Below are positions 35,327-35,665 of a stretch of 35,665 nt of DNA, one piece after another (position 1 is the first letter of the stretch; every line of letters begins with the position of its first letter). The position numbers and the translations under genes were made by a program. The DNA comes from a plasmid. The stretch is taken from the sequence record CP051992.1, one strand, 5' to 3'. Under the pieces are notes generated by a model that saw nothing but the letters and a program-made list of their open reading frames with translations, did no database searches and was not told the DNA's origin.

Positions 35327-35367
35327 TTACTAGTATATAAGTATACTTTTAAACTAGTATACTTATA
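35327..35367. repeat. cluster of (a)ctagtata / agtatact half-sites downstream of par, related to the upstream palindrome
   Basis: tttactagtatataagtatacttttaaactagtatacttat. Confidence 0.45.
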
Positions 35368-35379
35368 AAACGAAAATTA

Positions 35380-35484
35380 AGTCGTAGGTATTCTTGGCAG
35401 ACCCTACGACTAAAGCATTTATAAAAATACTTACACTTATAGAATAATTTATAAATGCCTGTAAATCAATAGGAGGCGTTTTAA
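35380..35484 (+). promoter_or_regulatory. Conserved leader element, copy B (perfect 9-bp-stem hairpin agtcgtagg..cctacgact, aagcatttataaaaa, taatttataaatgc, SD aggagg)
   Basis: Homologous to 2527-2628. Confidence 0.5.
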
Positions 35485-35665
35485 ATGATAGAAAATTACG
35501 TTGAATGGTTTTGTGTATTTATCAATGTACCGTATGAAAGAAATGAAACACTAGAATCATGGATAATTAATAGAAAGCAAAATAAAGAATTTGAAATAGG
35601 AAATGTATCTGTGTTACAAAACAACACAAAACAATTATCATTATGCGATTTTGATATTGACATGT
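35485..35665 (+). CDS. hypothetical protein, 3'-truncated by window end
   Basis: ATG with SD aggagg. Translation MIENYVEWFCVFINVPYERNE... Confidence 0.4.
   Translation, partial: MIENYVEWFCVFINVPYERNETLESWIINRKQNKEFEIGNVSVLQNNTKQLSLCDFDIDM

Overview
AT-rich (~28-30% GC) staphylococcal-type DNA that reads as most of a theta-replicating conjugative plasmid. Backbone (31.0-35.7 kb): a RepA_N-family rep gene with internal iterons and a candidate antisense control RNA; a divergent ParA/RHH-ParB partition operon bracketed by palindromic sites; a tandem-RHH regulator. Transfer region (8.0-30.9 kb), all on the minus strand. Its first operon encodes the type IV secretion apparatus: VirB2-like pilin candidate, coupling protein, SSB, VirB6-like, VirB3-like, VirB4 ATPase, SLT+CHAP cell-wall hydrolase, TcpC/VirB8-like protein. 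An oriT region with TGTGACAC inverted repeats follows at 17.7 kb. The second operon runs RHH protein, HUH relaxase, RHH accessory protein, ArdC-like antirestriction protein, topoisomerase III (decayed: four single-base deletions), DUF3991/Toprim primase-like protein, and a membrane-anchored Mrr-like nuclease with a topoisomerase-type zinc ribbon. Accessory region (1-8.0 kb), mostly plus strand: small acidic proteins, a secreted 316-aa protein, an AP2-domain protein paired with a zinc-ribbon protein, an autoregulated HTH protein, a frameshifted serine recombinase, two 220-bp structured direct repeats, and three tiny hydrophobic peptide ORFs. I recognised no resistance gene, transposase or CRISPR array. 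Gene order resembles staphylococcal pWBG749/pSK41-type conjugative plasmids, but this needs a database search. The regions I would look at first are the duplicated structured elements at 6.5-7.5 kb and the conserved leader found at 2.5 kb and again at 35.4 kb.
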